Positions 15,001 through 28,931 of a stretch of DNA of 64,000 bases are shown here, piece by piece. Each line of letters begins with the position of its first letter. The first letter of the stretch is position 1. The notes beneath the pieces were generated by a model. It ran no database searches. It was not told the DNA's origin and was given only the letters and a program-made list of their open reading frames with translations. The DNA comes from Mobula hypostoma (Eukaryota): the NCBI RefSeq assembly GCF_963921235.1, contig NC_086107.1, forward strand, positions 97,342,001-97,406,000. Direction: 5' to 3'. Position numbers and translations under genes: made by a program.

Positions 15001-18000
15001 ACAGGGAGATCGAGGGAGTGTGTCAGTATTTACAGGGAGATCGAGGGAGTGTGTCAGTATTTACAGAGAGATCGAGGGAGTGTGTCAGTATTTACAGGGA
15101 GATCGAGGGAGTGTGTCAATATTTACAGGGAGATCGAGGGAGTGTGTCAGTATTTACAGGGAGATCGAGGGAGTGTGTCAGTATTTACAGGGAGATCGAG
15201 GGAGTGTGTCAGTATTTACAGGGAGATCGAGGGATTGTGTCAATATTTACAGGGAGGTCGAGAGATTGTGTCAGTATTTACAGGGAGATCGAGGGAGTGT
15301 GTCAATATTTACAGGGAGATCGAGGGAGTATGTCAGTATTTACAGGGAGATCGAGGGGATGTGTCAGTATTTACAGGGAGATCGAGGGAGTGTCAGTATT
15401 TACAGGGAGATCGAGGGATTGTGTCAGTATTTACAGGGAGATCGAGGGATTGTGTCAGTATTTACAGGGAGATCGAGGGATTGGGTCAGTATTTACAGGG
15501 AGATCGAGGGATTGTGTCAGTATTTACAGGGAGATCGAGGGATTGTGTCAGTATTTACAGGGAGATCGAGGGATTGTGTCAGTATTTACAGGGAGATCGA
15601 GGGGGTGTGTCAGTATTTACAGGGAGATCGAGGGGATGTGTCAGTATTTACAGGGAGATCGAGGGAGTGTGTCAGTATTTACAGGGAGATCGAGGGAGTG
15701 TGTCAGTATTTACAGGGAGATCGAGGGAGTGTGTCAGTATTTACAGGGAGATCGAGGGATTGTGTCAATATTTACAGGGAGGTCGAGAGATTGTGTCAGT
15801 ATTTACAGGGAGATCGAGGGAGTGTGTCAATATTTACAGGGAGATCGAGGGAGTATGTCAGTATTTACAGGGAGATCGAGGGGATGTGTCAGTATTTACA
15901 GGGAGATCGAGGGAGTGTCAGTATTTACAGGGAGATCGAGGGATTGTGTCAGTATTTACAGGGAGATCGAGGGATTGTGTCAGTATTTACAGGGAGATCG
16001 AGGGATTGTGTCAGTATTTACAGGAAGATCGAGGGAGTGTGTCAGTATTTACAGGGAGATCGAGGGATTGTGTCAGTATTTACAGGGAGATCGAGGGATT
16101 GTGTCAGTATTTACAGGGAGATCGAGGGGGTGTGTCAGTATTTACAGGGAGGTCGAGGGATTGTGTCAGTATTTACAGGGAGGTCGAGGGAGTGTGTCAG
16201 TATTTACAGGGAGATCGAGGGATTGTGTCAGTATTTACAGGGAGGTCGAGGGATTGTGTCAGTATTTACAGGGAGATCGAGGGAGTGTGTCAGTATTTAC
16301 AGGGAGATCGAGGGAGTGTGTCAGTATTTACAGGGAGATCGAGGGGATGTGTCAGTATTTACAGGGAGATCAAGGAAGTGTGTCAGTATTTACAGGGAGA
16401 TCGAGGGATTGTGTCAGTATTTACAGGGAGATCGAGGGATTGTGTCAGTATTTACAGGGAGATCGAGGGGGTGTGTCAGTATTTACAGGGACATCAAGGG
16501 ATTGTGTCAGTATTTACAGGGAGATCGAGGGATTGTGTCAGTATTTACAGGGAGATCGAGGGAGTGTGTCAGTATTTACAGGGTGATCGAGGGGTGTGTC
16601 TGTATTTACAGGGAGATCGAGGGGATGTGTCAGTATTTACAGGGAGATCGAGGGAGTGTGTCAATATTTACAGGGAGATGGAGGGACTGTGTCAGTATTT
16701 ACAGGGAGATCGAGGGAGTGTGTCAGTATTTACAGGGTGATCGAGGGGGTGTGTCAGTATTTACAGGGAGATCGAGGGGATGTGTTAGTATTTACAGGGA
16801 GATCGAGAGAGTGTGTCAGTATTTACAGGGAGATCGAGGGGATGTGTCAGTATTTACAGGGAGATCGAGGGAGTGTGTCAGTATTTACAGGGAGATCGAG
16901 GGAGTGTGTCAGTATTTACAGGGAGATCGAGGGATTGTGTCAGTATTTACAGGGAGATCGAGGGAGTGTGTCAATATTTACAGGGAGATCGAGGGAGTAT
17001 GTTAGTATTTACAGGGAGATCGAGGGGATGTGTCAGTATTTACAGGGAGATCGAGGGAGTGTCAGTATTTACAGGGAGATCGAGGGATTGTGTCAGTATT
17101 TACAGGGAGATCGAGGGATTGTGTCAGTATTTACAGGGAGATCGAGGGATTGGGTCAGTATTTACAGGAAGATCAAGGGAGTGTGTCAGTATTTACAGGG
17201 AGATCGAGGGAGTGTGTCAGTATTTACAGGGAGATCGAGGGATTGTGTCAGTATTTACAGGGAGATCGAGGGATTGTGTCAGTATTTACAGGGAGATCGA
17301 GGGAGTGTGTCAGTATTTACAGGGAGATCGAGGGAGTGTGTCAGTATTTACAGGGAGATCGAGGGGGTGTGTCAGTATTTACAGGGAGATCGAGGGGATG
17401 TGTCAGTATTTACAGGGAGATCGAGAGAGTGTGTCAATATTTAGAGGGAGATCGAGGGATTGTGTCAGTATTTACAGGGAGATCGAGGGAGTGTGTCAGT
17501 ATTTACAGGGAGATCGACGGGGTGTGTCAGTATTTACAGGGAGATCGAGGGGATGTGTTAGTATTTACAGGGAGATCGAGAGAGTGTGTCAGTATTTACA
17601 GGGAGATCGAGGGAGTGTGTCAGTATTTACAGGGAGATCGAGGGAGTGTGTCAGTATTTACAGGGAGATCGAGGGGATGTGTCAGTATTTACAGGGAGAT
17701 CGAGGGATTGTGTCAGTATTTACAGGGAGATCGAGGGATTGTGTCAGTATTTACAGGGAGATCGAGGGATTGTGTCAGTATTTGCAGGGAGATCGAGGGA
17801 TTGTGTCAGTATTTACAGGGAGATCGAGGGATTGTGTCAGTATTTACAGGGAGATCGAGGGATTGGGTCAGTATTTACAGGGAGATCGAGGGGGTGTGTC
17901 AGTGTTTACAGGGAGATCGAGGGAGTGTGTCAGTATTTACAGGGAGATCGAGGGAGTGTGTCAGTATTTACAGAGAGATCGAGGGAGTGTGTCAGTATTT

Positions 18001-21000
18001 ACAGGGAGATCGAGGGAGTGTGTCAATATTTTCAGGGAGATCGAGGGAGTGTGTCAGTATTTACAGGGAGATCGAGGGAGTGTGTCAGTATTTACAGGGA
18101 GATCGAGGGAGTGTGTCAGTATTTACAGGGAGATCGAGGGATTGTGTCAATATTTACAGGGAGGTCGAGAGATTGTGTCAGTATTTACAGGGAGATCGAG
18201 GGAGTGTGTCAATATTTACAGGGAGATCGAGGGAGTATGTCAGTATTTACAGGGAGATCGAGGGGATGTGTCAGTATTTACAGGGAGATCGAGGGAGTGT
18301 CAGTATTTACAGGGAGATCGAGGGATTGTGTCAGTATTTACAGGGAGATCGAGGGATTGTGTCAGTATTTACAGGGAGATCGAGGGATTGTGTCAGTATT
18401 TACAGGGAGATCGAGGGATTGTGTCAGTATTTACAGGGAGATCGAGGGATTGTGTCAGTATTTACAGGGAGATCGAGGGATTGTGTCAGTATTTACAGGG
18501 AGATCGAGGGGGTGTGTCAGTATTTACAGGGAGATCGAGGGGATGTGTCAGTATTTACAGGGAGATCGAGGGAGTGTGTCAGTATTTACAGGGAGATCGA
18601 GGGAGTGTGTCAGTATTTACAGGGAGATCGAGGGAGTGTGTCAGTATTTACAGGGAGATTGAGGGATTGTGTCATTATTTACAGGGAGGTCGAGAGATTG
18701 TGTCAGTATTTACAGGGAGATCGAGGGAGTGTGTCAATATTTACAGGGAGATCGAGGAGATGTGTCAGTATTTACAGGGAGATCGAGGGATTGTGTCAGT
18801 ATTTACAGGGAGATCGAGGGAGTGTGTCAGTATTTACAGGGAGATCGAGGGGGTGTGTCAGTATTTACAGGGAGATCGAGGGAGTGTGTCAGTATTTACA
18901 GGGAGATCGAGGGAGTGTGTCAGTATTTACAGGGAGATCGAGGGAGTGTGTCAGTATTTACAGGGAGATCGAGGGAGTGTGTCAGTATTTACAGGGAGAT
19001 CGAGGGAGTGTGTCAGTATTTACAGGGAGATCGAGGGAGTGTGTCAGTATTTACAGGGAGATCGAGGGATTGTGTCAGTATTTACAGGGAGATCGAGGGA
19101 TTGTGTCAGTATTTACAGGGAGATCGAGGGAGTGTGTCAGTATTTACAGGGAGATCGAGGGAGTGTGTCAGTATTTACAGGGAGATCGAGGGGATGTGTC
19201 AGTATTTACAGGGAGATCGAGGGAGTGTGTCAGTATTTACAGGGAGATCGAGGGATTGTGTCAGTATTTACAGGGAGATCGAGGGATTGTGTCAGTATTT
19301 ACAGGGAGATCGAGGGATTGTGTCAGTATTTACAGGGAGATCGAGGGATTGTGTCAGTATTTACAGGGAGATCGAGGGATTGTGTCAGTATTTACAGGGA
19401 GATCGAGGGATTGTGTCAGTATTTACAGGGAGATCGAGGGATTGTGTCAGTATTTACAGGGAGATCGAGGGATTGTGTCAGTATTTACAGGGAGATCGAG
19501 GGGGTGTGTCAGTATTTACAGGGAGATCGAGGGGATGTGTCAGTATTTACAGGGAGATCGAGGGAGTGTGTCAGTATTTACAGGGAGATCGAGGGAGTGT
19601 GTCAGTATTTACAGGGAGATCGAGGGAGTGTGTCAGTATTTACAGGGAGATCGAGGGATTGTGTCAGTATTTACAGGGAGGTCGAGGGATTGTGTCAGTA
19701 TTTACAGGGAGATCGAGGGAGTGTGTCAATATTTACAGGGAGATCGAGGAGTGTGTCAGTATTTACAGGGAGATCGAGGGATTGTGTCAGTATTTACAGG
19801 GAGATCGAGGGAGTGTGTCAGTATTTACAGGGAGATCGAGGGGGTGTGTCAGTATTTACAGGGAGATCGAGGGAGTGTGTCAGTATTTACAGGGAGATCG
19901 AGGGAGTGTGTCAGTATTTACAGGGAGATCGAGGGAGTGTGTCAGTATTTACAGGGAGATCGAGGGAGTGTGTCAGTATTTACAGGGAGATCGAGGGAGT
20001 GTGTCAGTATTTACAGGGAGATCGAGGGAGTGTGTCAGTATTTACAGGGAGATCGAGGGATTGTGTCAATATTTACAGGGAGGTCGAGAGATTGTGTCAG
20101 TATTTACAGGGAGATCGAGGGAGTGTGTCAATATTTACAGGGAGATCGAGGGAGTATGTCAGTATTTACAGGGAGATCGAGGGGATGTGTCAGTATTTAC
20201 AGGGAGATCGAGGGAGTGTCAGTATTTACAGGGAGATCGAGGGATTGTGTCAGTATTTACAGGGAGATCGAGGGATTGTGTCAGTATTTACAGGGAGATC
20301 GAGGGAGTGTCAGTATTTACAGGGAGATCGAGGGATTGTGTCAGTATTTACAGGGAGATCGAGGGATTGGGTCAGTATTTACAGGGAGATCGAGGGATTG
20401 TGTCAGTATTTACAGGGAGATCGAGGGATTGTGTCAGTATTTACAGGGAGATCGAGGGATTGTGTCAGTATTTACAGGGAGATCGAGGGGGTGTGTCAGT
20501 ATTTACAGGGAGATCGAGGGGATGTGTCAGTATTTACAGGGAGATCGAGGGAGTGTGTCAGTATTTACAGGGAGATCGAGGGAGTGTGTCAGTATTTACA
20601 GGGAGATCGAGGGAGTGTGTCAGTATTTACAGGGAGATCGAGGGGATGTGTCAGTATTTACAGGGAGATCGAGGGAGTGTGTCAGTATTTACAGGGAGAT
20701 CGAGGGAGTGTGTCAGTATTTACAGGGAGATCGAGGGATTGTGTCAGTATTTACAGGGAGATCGAGGGAGTGTGTCAGTATTTACAGGGAGATCGAGGGA
20801 GTGTGTCAGTATTTACAGGGAGATCGAGGGGATGTGTCAGTATTTACAGGGAGATCGAGGGATTGTGTCAGTATTTACAGGGAGATCGAGGGATTGTGTC
20901 AGTATTTACAGGGAGATCGAGGGAGTGTGTCAGTATTTACAGGGAGATCGAGGGAGTGTGTCAGTATTTACAGGGAGATCGAGGGAGTGTGTCAGTATTT

Positions 21001-24000
21001 ACAGGGAGATCGAGGGATTGTGTCAGTATTTACAGGGAGATCGAGGGATTGTGTCAATATTTACAGGGAGGTCGAGAGATTGTGTCAGTATTTACAGGGA
21101 GATCGAGGAAGTGTGTCAATATTTACAGGGAGATCGAGGGAGTATGTCAGTATTTACAGGGAGATCGAGGGGATGTGTCAGTATTTACAGGGAGATCGAG
21201 GGAGTGTCAGTATTTACAGGGAGATCGAGGGATTGTGTCAGTATTTACAGGGAGATCGAGGGATTGTGTCAGTATTTACAGGGAGATCGAGGGATTGTGT
21301 CAGTATTTACAGGGAGATCGAGGGATTGTGTCAGTATTTACAGGGAGATCGAGGGGGTGTGTCAGTATTTACAGGGAGATCGAGGGGATGTGTCAGTATT
21401 TACAGGGAGATCGAGGGAGTGTGTCAGTATTTACAGGGAGATCGAGGGAGTGTGTCAGTATTTACAGGGAGATCGAGGGAGTGTGTCAGTATTTACAGGG
21501 ATATCGAGGGATTGTGTCAATATTTACAGGGAGGTCGAGAGATTGTGTCAGTATTTACAGGGAGATCGAGGGAGTGTGTCAATATTTACAGGGAGATCGA
21601 GGGAGTATGTCAGTATTTACAGGGAGATCGAGGGAGTGTGTCAGTATTTACAGGGAGATCGAGGGAGTATGTCAGTATTTACAGGGAGATCGAGGGGATG
21701 TGTCAGTATTTACAAGGAGATCCAGGGAGTGTCAGTATTTACAGGGAGATCGAGGGATTCTGTCAGTATTTACGGGGATATCGAGGGATTGTGTCAGTAT
21801 TTACAGGGAGGTCGAGGGATTGTGTCAATATTTACAGGGAGGTCGAGAGATTGTGTCAGTATTTACAGGGAGATCGAGGGAGTGTGTCAATATTTACAGG
21901 GAGATCGAGGGAGTATGTCAGTATTTACAGGGAGATCGAGGGGATGTGTCAGTATTTACAGGGAGATCGAGGGAGTGTCAGTATTTACAGGGAGATCGAG
22001 GGATTGTGTCAGTATTTACAGGGAGATCGAGGGATTGTGTCAGTATTTACAGGGAGATCGAGGGATTCGGTCAGTATTTACAGGGAGATCGAGGGATTGT
22101 GTCAGTATTTACAGGGAGATCGAGGGATTGTGTCAGTATTTACAGGGAGATCGAGGGATTGTGTCAGTATTTACAGGGAGATCGAGGGATTGTGTCAGTA
22201 TTTACAGGGAGATCGAGGGAGTGTGTCAGTATTTACAGGGAGATCGAGGGAGTGTGTCAGTATTTACAGGGAGATCGAGGGAGTGTGTCAGTATTTACAG
22301 GGAGATCGAGGGAGTGTGTCAGTATTTACAGGGAGGTCGAGGGATTGTGTCAATATTTACAGGGAGGTCGAGAGATTGTGTCAGTATTTACAGGGAGATC
22401 GAGGGAGTGTGTCAGTATTTACAGGGAGATCGAGGGGATGTGTCAGTATTTACAGGGAGATCGAGGGAGTGTGTCAGTATTTACAGGGAGATCGAGGGAG
22501 TGTCAGTATTTACAGGGAGATCGAGGGATTGTGTCAGTATTTACAGGGAGATCGAGGGATTGTGTCAGTATTTACAGGGAGATCGAGGGATTGTGTCAGT
22601 ATTTACAGGAAGATCGAGGGAGTGTGTCAGTATTTACAGGGAGATCGAGGGATTGTGTCAGTATTTACAGGGAGATCGAGGGATTGTGTCAGTATTTACA
22701 GGGAGATCGAGGGGGTGTGTCAGTATTTACAGGGAGGTCGAGGGATTGTGTCAGTATTTACAGGGAGGTCGAGGGAGTGTGTCAGTATTTACAGGGAGAT
22801 CGAGGGGGTGTGTCAGTATTTACAGGGAGGTCGAGGGATTGTGTCAGTATTTACAGGGAGATCGAGGGAGTGTGTCAGTATTTACAGGGAGATCGAGGGA
22901 GTGTGTCAGTATTTACAGGGAGATCCAGGGGATGTGTCAGTATTTACAGGGAGATCAAGGAAGTGTGTCAGTATTTACAGGGAGATCGAGGGATTGTGTC
23001 CCTATTTACAGGGAGATCGAGGGATTGTGTCAGTATTTACAGGGAGATCGAGGGGGTGTGTCAGTATTTACAGGGACATCAAGGGATTGTGTCAGTATTT
23101 ACAGGGAGATCGAGGGATTGTGTCAGTATTTACAGGGAGATCGAGGGAGTGTGTCAGTATTTACAGGGTGATCGAGGGGTGTGTCTGTATTTACAGGGAG
23201 ATCGAGGGGATGTGTCAGTATTTACAGGGAGATCGAGGGAGTGTGTCAATATTTACAGGGAGATGGAGGGACTGTGTCAGTATTTACAGGGAGATCGAGG
23301 GAGTGTGTCAGTATTTACAGGGTGATCGAGGGGGTGTGTCAGTATTTACAGGGAGATCGAGGGGATGTGTCAGTATTTACAGGGAGATCGAGAGAGTGTG
23401 TCAATATTTACAGGGAGATCGAGGGAGTGTGTCAGTATTTACAGGGAGATCGAGGGAGTGTGTCAGTATTTACAGGGAGATCGAGGGAGTGTCTCAGTAT
23501 TTACAGGGAGATCGAGGGAGTGTGTCAGTATTTACAGGGAGTCGAGGGATTGTGTCAATATTTACAGGGAGGTCGAGAGATTGTGTCAGTATTTACAGGG
23601 AGATCGAGGAAGTGTGTCAATATTTACAGGGAGATCGAGGGAGTGTGTCAGTATTTACAGGGAGATCGAGGGGATGTGTCAGTATTTACAGGGAGATCGA
23701 GGGAGTGTGTCAGTATTTACAGGGAGATCGAGGGACTGTGTCAGTATTTACAGGGAGATCGAGGGAGTGTGTCAGTATTTACAGGGAGATCGAGGGGGTG
23801 TGTCAGTATTTACAGGGAGATCGAGGGGATGTGTCAGTATTTACAGGGAGATCGAGGGAGTGTGTCAATATTTACAGGGAGATCGAGGGAGTGTGTCAGT
23901 ATTTACAGGGAGATCGAGGGAGTGTGTCAGTATTTACAGGGAGATCGAGGGAGTGTGTCAGTATTTACAGGGAGATCGAGGGAGTGTGTCAGTATTTACA

Positions 24001-27000
24001 GGGAGATCGAGGGATTGTGTCAATATTTACAGGGAGGTCGAGAGATTGTGTCAGTATTTACAGGGAGATCGAGGGAGTGTGTCAATATTTACAGGGAGAT
24101 CGAGGGATTGTGTCAGTATTTACAGGGAGATCGAGGGGGTGTGTCAGTATTTACAGGGAGATCGAGGGATTGTGTCAGTATTTACAGGGAGATCGAGGGA
24201 GTGTGTCAGTATTTACAGGGAGATCGAGGGGGTGTGTCAGTATTTACAGGGAGATCGAGGGATTGTGTCAGTATTTACAGGGAGATCGAGGGAGTGTGTC
24301 AGTATTTACAGGGAGATCGAGGGAGTGTGTCAGTATTTACAGGGAGATCGAGGGGATGTGTCAGTATTTACAGGGAGATCGAGGGAGTGTGTCAGTATTT
24401 ACAGGGAGATCGAGGGATTGTGTCAGTATTTACAGGGAGATCGAGGGATTGTGTCAGTATTTACAGGGAGATCGAGGGATTGTGTCAGTATTTACAGGGA
24501 GATCGAGGGATTGTGTCAGTATTTACAGGGAGATCAAGGGATTGTGTCAGTATTTACAGGGAGATCGAGGGATTGTGTCAGAATTTACAGGAAGATCGAG
24601 GCGGTGTGTCAGTATTTACAGGGAGATCGAGGGATTGTGTTAGTATTTGCAGGGAGATCGAGGGAGTGTGTCAGTATTTACAGGGTGATCGAGGGGGTGT
24701 GTCAGTATTTACAGGGAGATCGAGGGGATGTGTCAGTATTTACAGGGAGATCGAGGGATTGTGTCAGTATTTACAGGGAGATCGAGGGATTGTGTCAGTA
24801 TTTACAGGGAGATCGAGGGATTGGGTCAGTATTTACAGGAAGATCGAGGGAGTGTGTCAGTATTTACAGGGAGATCGAGGGATTGTGTCAGTATTTACAG
24901 GGAGATCGAGGGAGTGTGTCAGTATTTACAGGGAGGTCGAGGGAGTGTGTCAATATTTACATGGAGATCGAGAGGGTGTGTCAGTATTTACAGGGAGATT
25001 GAGGGATTGTATCAGTATTTACAGGGAGATCGAGGGATTGTGTCAGTATTTACAGAGAGATCGAGGGAGTGTGTCAGTATTTACAGGGAGATCGAGGGAG
25101 TGTGTCAGTATTTACAGGGAGATCGAGGGGATGTGTCAGTATTTACAGGGAGATTAAGGGAGTGTGTCAGTATTTACAGGGAGATCGAGGGATTGTGTCA
25201 GTATTTACAGGGAGGTCGAGGGAGTGTGTCAGTATTTACAGGGAGATCGAGGGGGTGTGTCAGTATTTACAGGGAGGTCGAGGGATTGTGTCTGTATTTA
25301 CAGGGAGATCGAGGGAGTGTGTCAGTATTTACAGGGAGATCGAGGGAGTGTGTCAGTATTTACAGGGAGATCGAGGGGATGTGTCAGTATTTACAGGGAG
25401 ATCAAGGGAGTGTGTCAGTATTTACAGGGAGATCGAGGGATTGTGTCAGTATTTACAGGGAGATCGAGGGATTGTGTCAGTATTTACAGGGAGATCGAGG
25501 GAGTGTGTCAGTATTTACAGGGAGATCGAGGGATTGTGTCAGTATTTACAGGGAGATCGAGGGGGTGTGTCAGTATTTACAGGGAGATCGAGGGATTGTG
25601 TCAGTATTTACAGGGAGATCGAGGGATTGTGTCAGTATTTACAGGGAGATCGAGGGATTGTGTCAGTATTTACAGGGAGATCGAGGGATTGTGTCAGTAT
25701 TTACAGGGTGATCGAGGGAGTGTGTCAGTATTTACAGGGAGATCGAGGGAGTGTGTCAGTATTTACAGGGAGATCGAGGGATTGTGTCAGTATTTACAGG
25801 GAGATCGAGGGATTGTGTCAGTATTTACAGGGAGATCGAGGGAGTGTGTCAGTATTTACAGGGAGATCGAGGGAGTGTGTCAGTATTTACAGGGAGATCG
25901 AGGGATTGTGTCAGTATTTACAGGGAGATCGAGGGGGTGTGTCAGTATTTACAGGGAGATCGAGGGAGTGTGTCAATATTTACAGGGAGATCGAGGGATT
26001 GTGTCAGTATTTACAGGGAGATCGAGGGATTGTGTCAGTATTTACAGGGAGATCGAGGGATTGTGTCAGTATTTACAGGAAGATCGAGGGGGTGTGTCAG
26101 TATTTACAGGGAGATCGAGGGAGTGTGTCAGTATTTACAGGGAGATCGAGGGAGTGTGTCAGTATTTACAGGGAGATCGAGGGAGTGTGTCAGTATTTAC
26201 AGGGAGATCGAGGGAGTGTGTCAGTATTTACAGGGAGATCGAGGGATTGTGTCAGTATTTACAGGGAGATCGAGGGATTGTGTCAGTATTTACAGGGAGA
26301 TCGAGGGGGTGTGTCAGTATTTACAGGGAGATCGAGGGATTGTGTCAGTATTTACAGGGAGATCGAGGGATTGTGTCAGAATTTACAGGAAGATCGAGGC
26401 GGTGTGTCAGTATTTACAGGGAGATCGAGGGATTGTGTCAGTATTTACAGGGAGATCGAGGGAGTGTGTCAGTATTTACAGGGAGATCGAGGGAGTGTGT
26501 CAGTATTTACAGGGAGATCGAGGGGATGTGTCAGTATTTACAGGGAGATCGAGGGATTGTGTCAGTATTTACAGGGAGATCGAGGGATTGTGTCAGTATT
26601 TACAGGGAGATCGAGGGATTGTGTCAGTATTTACAGGGAGATCGAGGGAGTGTGTCAGTATTTACAGGGAGATCGAGGGATTGTGTCAGTATTTACAGGG
26701 AGATCGAGGTGATGTGTCAGTATTTACAGGGAGATCGAGGGATTGTGTCAGTATTTACAGGGAGATCGAGGGATTGTGTCAGTATTTACAGGGAGATCGA
26801 GGGATTGTGTCAGTATTTACAGGGAGATCGAGGGATTGTGTCAGTATTTACAGGGAGATCGAGGGGATGTGTCAGTATTTACAGGGAGATCGAGGGATTG
26901 TGTCAGTATTTACAGGGAGATCGAGGGAGTGTGTCAGTATTTACAGGGAGGTCGAGGGAGTGTGTCAATATTTACAGGGAGATCGAGAGGGTGTGTCAGT

Positions 27001-28931
27001 ATTTACAGGGAGATTGAGGGATTGTATCAGTATTTACAGGGAGATCGAGGGATTGTGTCAGTATTTACAGAGAGATCGAGGGAGTGTGTCAGTATTTACA
27101 GGGAGATCGAGGGAGTGTGTCAGTATTTACAGGGAGATCGAGGGGATGTGTCAGTATTTACAGGGAGATTAAGGGAGTGTGTCAGTATTTACAGGGAGAT
27201 CGAGGGATTGTGTCAGTATTTACAGGGAGGTCGAGGGAGTGTGTCAGTATTTACAGGGAGATCGAGGGGGTGTGTCAGTATTTACAGGGAGGTCGAGGGA
27301 TTGTGTCTGTATTTACAGGGAGATCGAGGGAGTGTGTCAGTATTTACAGGGAGATCGAGGGAGTGTGTCAGTATTTACTGGGAGATCGAGGGGATGTGTC
27401 AGTATTTACAGGGAGATCAAGGGAGTGTGTCAGTATTTACAGGGAGATCGAGGGATTGTGTCAGTATTTACAGGGAGATCGAGGGATTGTGTCAGTATTT
27501 ACAGGGAGATCGAGGGAGTGTGTCAGTATTTACAGGGAGATCGAGGGATTGTGTCAGTATTTACAGGGAGATCGAGGGGGTGTGTCAGTATTTACAGGGA
27601 GATCGAGGGATTGTGTCAGTATTTACAGGGAGATCGAGGGATTGTGTCAGTATTTACAGGGAGATCGAGGGATTGTGTCAGTATTTACAGGGAGATCGAG
27701 GGATTGTGTCAGTATTTACAGGGAGATCGAGGGAGTGTGTCAGTATTTACAGGGAGATCGAGGGAGTGTGTCAGTATTTACAGGGAGATCGAGGGACTGT
27801 GTCAGTATTTACAGGGAGATCGAGGGAGTGTGTCAGTATTTACAGGGAGATCGAGGGAGTGTGTCAATATTTACAGGGAGATCGAGGGACTGTGTCAGTA
27901 TTTACAGGGAGATCGAGGGGGTGTGTCAGTATTTACAGGGAGATCGAGGGAGTGTGTCAATATTTACAGGGAGATCGAGGGATTGTGTCAGTATTTACAG
28001 GGAGATCGAGGGATTGTGTCAGTATTTACAGGGAGATCGAGGGATTGTGTCAGTATTTACAGGAAGATCGAGGGGGTGTGTCAGTATTTACAGGGAGGTC
28101 GAGTGATTGTGTCAGTATTTACAGGGAGATCGAGGGAGTGTGTCAGTATTTACAGGGTGATCGAGGGGGTGTGTCAGTATTTACAGGGAGATCGAGGGAG
28201 TGTGTCAATATTTACAGGGAGATCGAGGGTCTGTGTCAGTATTTACAGGGAGATCGAGGGACTGTGTCAGTATTTACAGGGAGATCGAGGGAGTGTGTCA
28301 GTATTTACAGGGAGATCGAGGGAGTGTGTCAATATTTACAGGGAGATCGAGGGACTGTGTCAGTATTTACAGGGAGATCGATGGGGTGTTTCAGTATTTA
28401 CAGGGAGATCGAGGGAGTGTGTCAATATTTACAGGGAGATCGAGGGATTGTGTCAGTATTTACAGGGAGATCGAGGGATTGTGTCAGTATTTACAGGGAG
28501 ATCGAGGGATTGTGTCAGTATTTACAGGAAGATCGAGGGGGTGTGTCAGTATTTACAGGGAGGCCGAGGGATTGTGTCAGTATTTACAGGGAGATCGAGG
28601 GAGTGTGTTGGTATTTACAGGGTGATCGAGGGGGTGTGTCAGTATTTACAGGGAGATCGAGGGGATGTGTCAGTATTTACAGGGAGATCGAGGGACTGTT
28701 GCAGTATTTACAGGGAGATCGAGGGAGTGTGTCAGTATTTACAGGGTGATCGAGGGGGTGTGTCAGTATTTACAGGGAGATCGAGGGATGTGTCAGTATT
28801 TACAGGGAGATCGAGGGAGTGTGTCAATATTTACAGGGAGATCGAGGGACTGTGTCAGTATTTACAGGGAGATCGAGGGGGTGTGTCAGTATTTACTGGG
28901 AGATCGAGGGGGTGTGTCAGTATTTACAGGG
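1..28931. repeat. 31-bp tandem satellite array (about 930 monomers, truncated by the window start)
   Basis: Uninterrupted head-to-tail copies of GTGTGTCAGTATTTACAGGGAGATCGAGGGA with few substitutions and occasional 29/30-bp monomers. Confidence 0.99.

Noticed and set aside
1..28931. CRISPR-like array (repeat length in the CRISPR range)
   Set aside because: Monomers are contiguous with no unique spacers, there are no cas genes, and the context is vertebrate.
1..28931. Telomeric or proven centromeric identity
   Set aside because: No TTAGGG tract is seen, and centromere function cannot be read from sequence.
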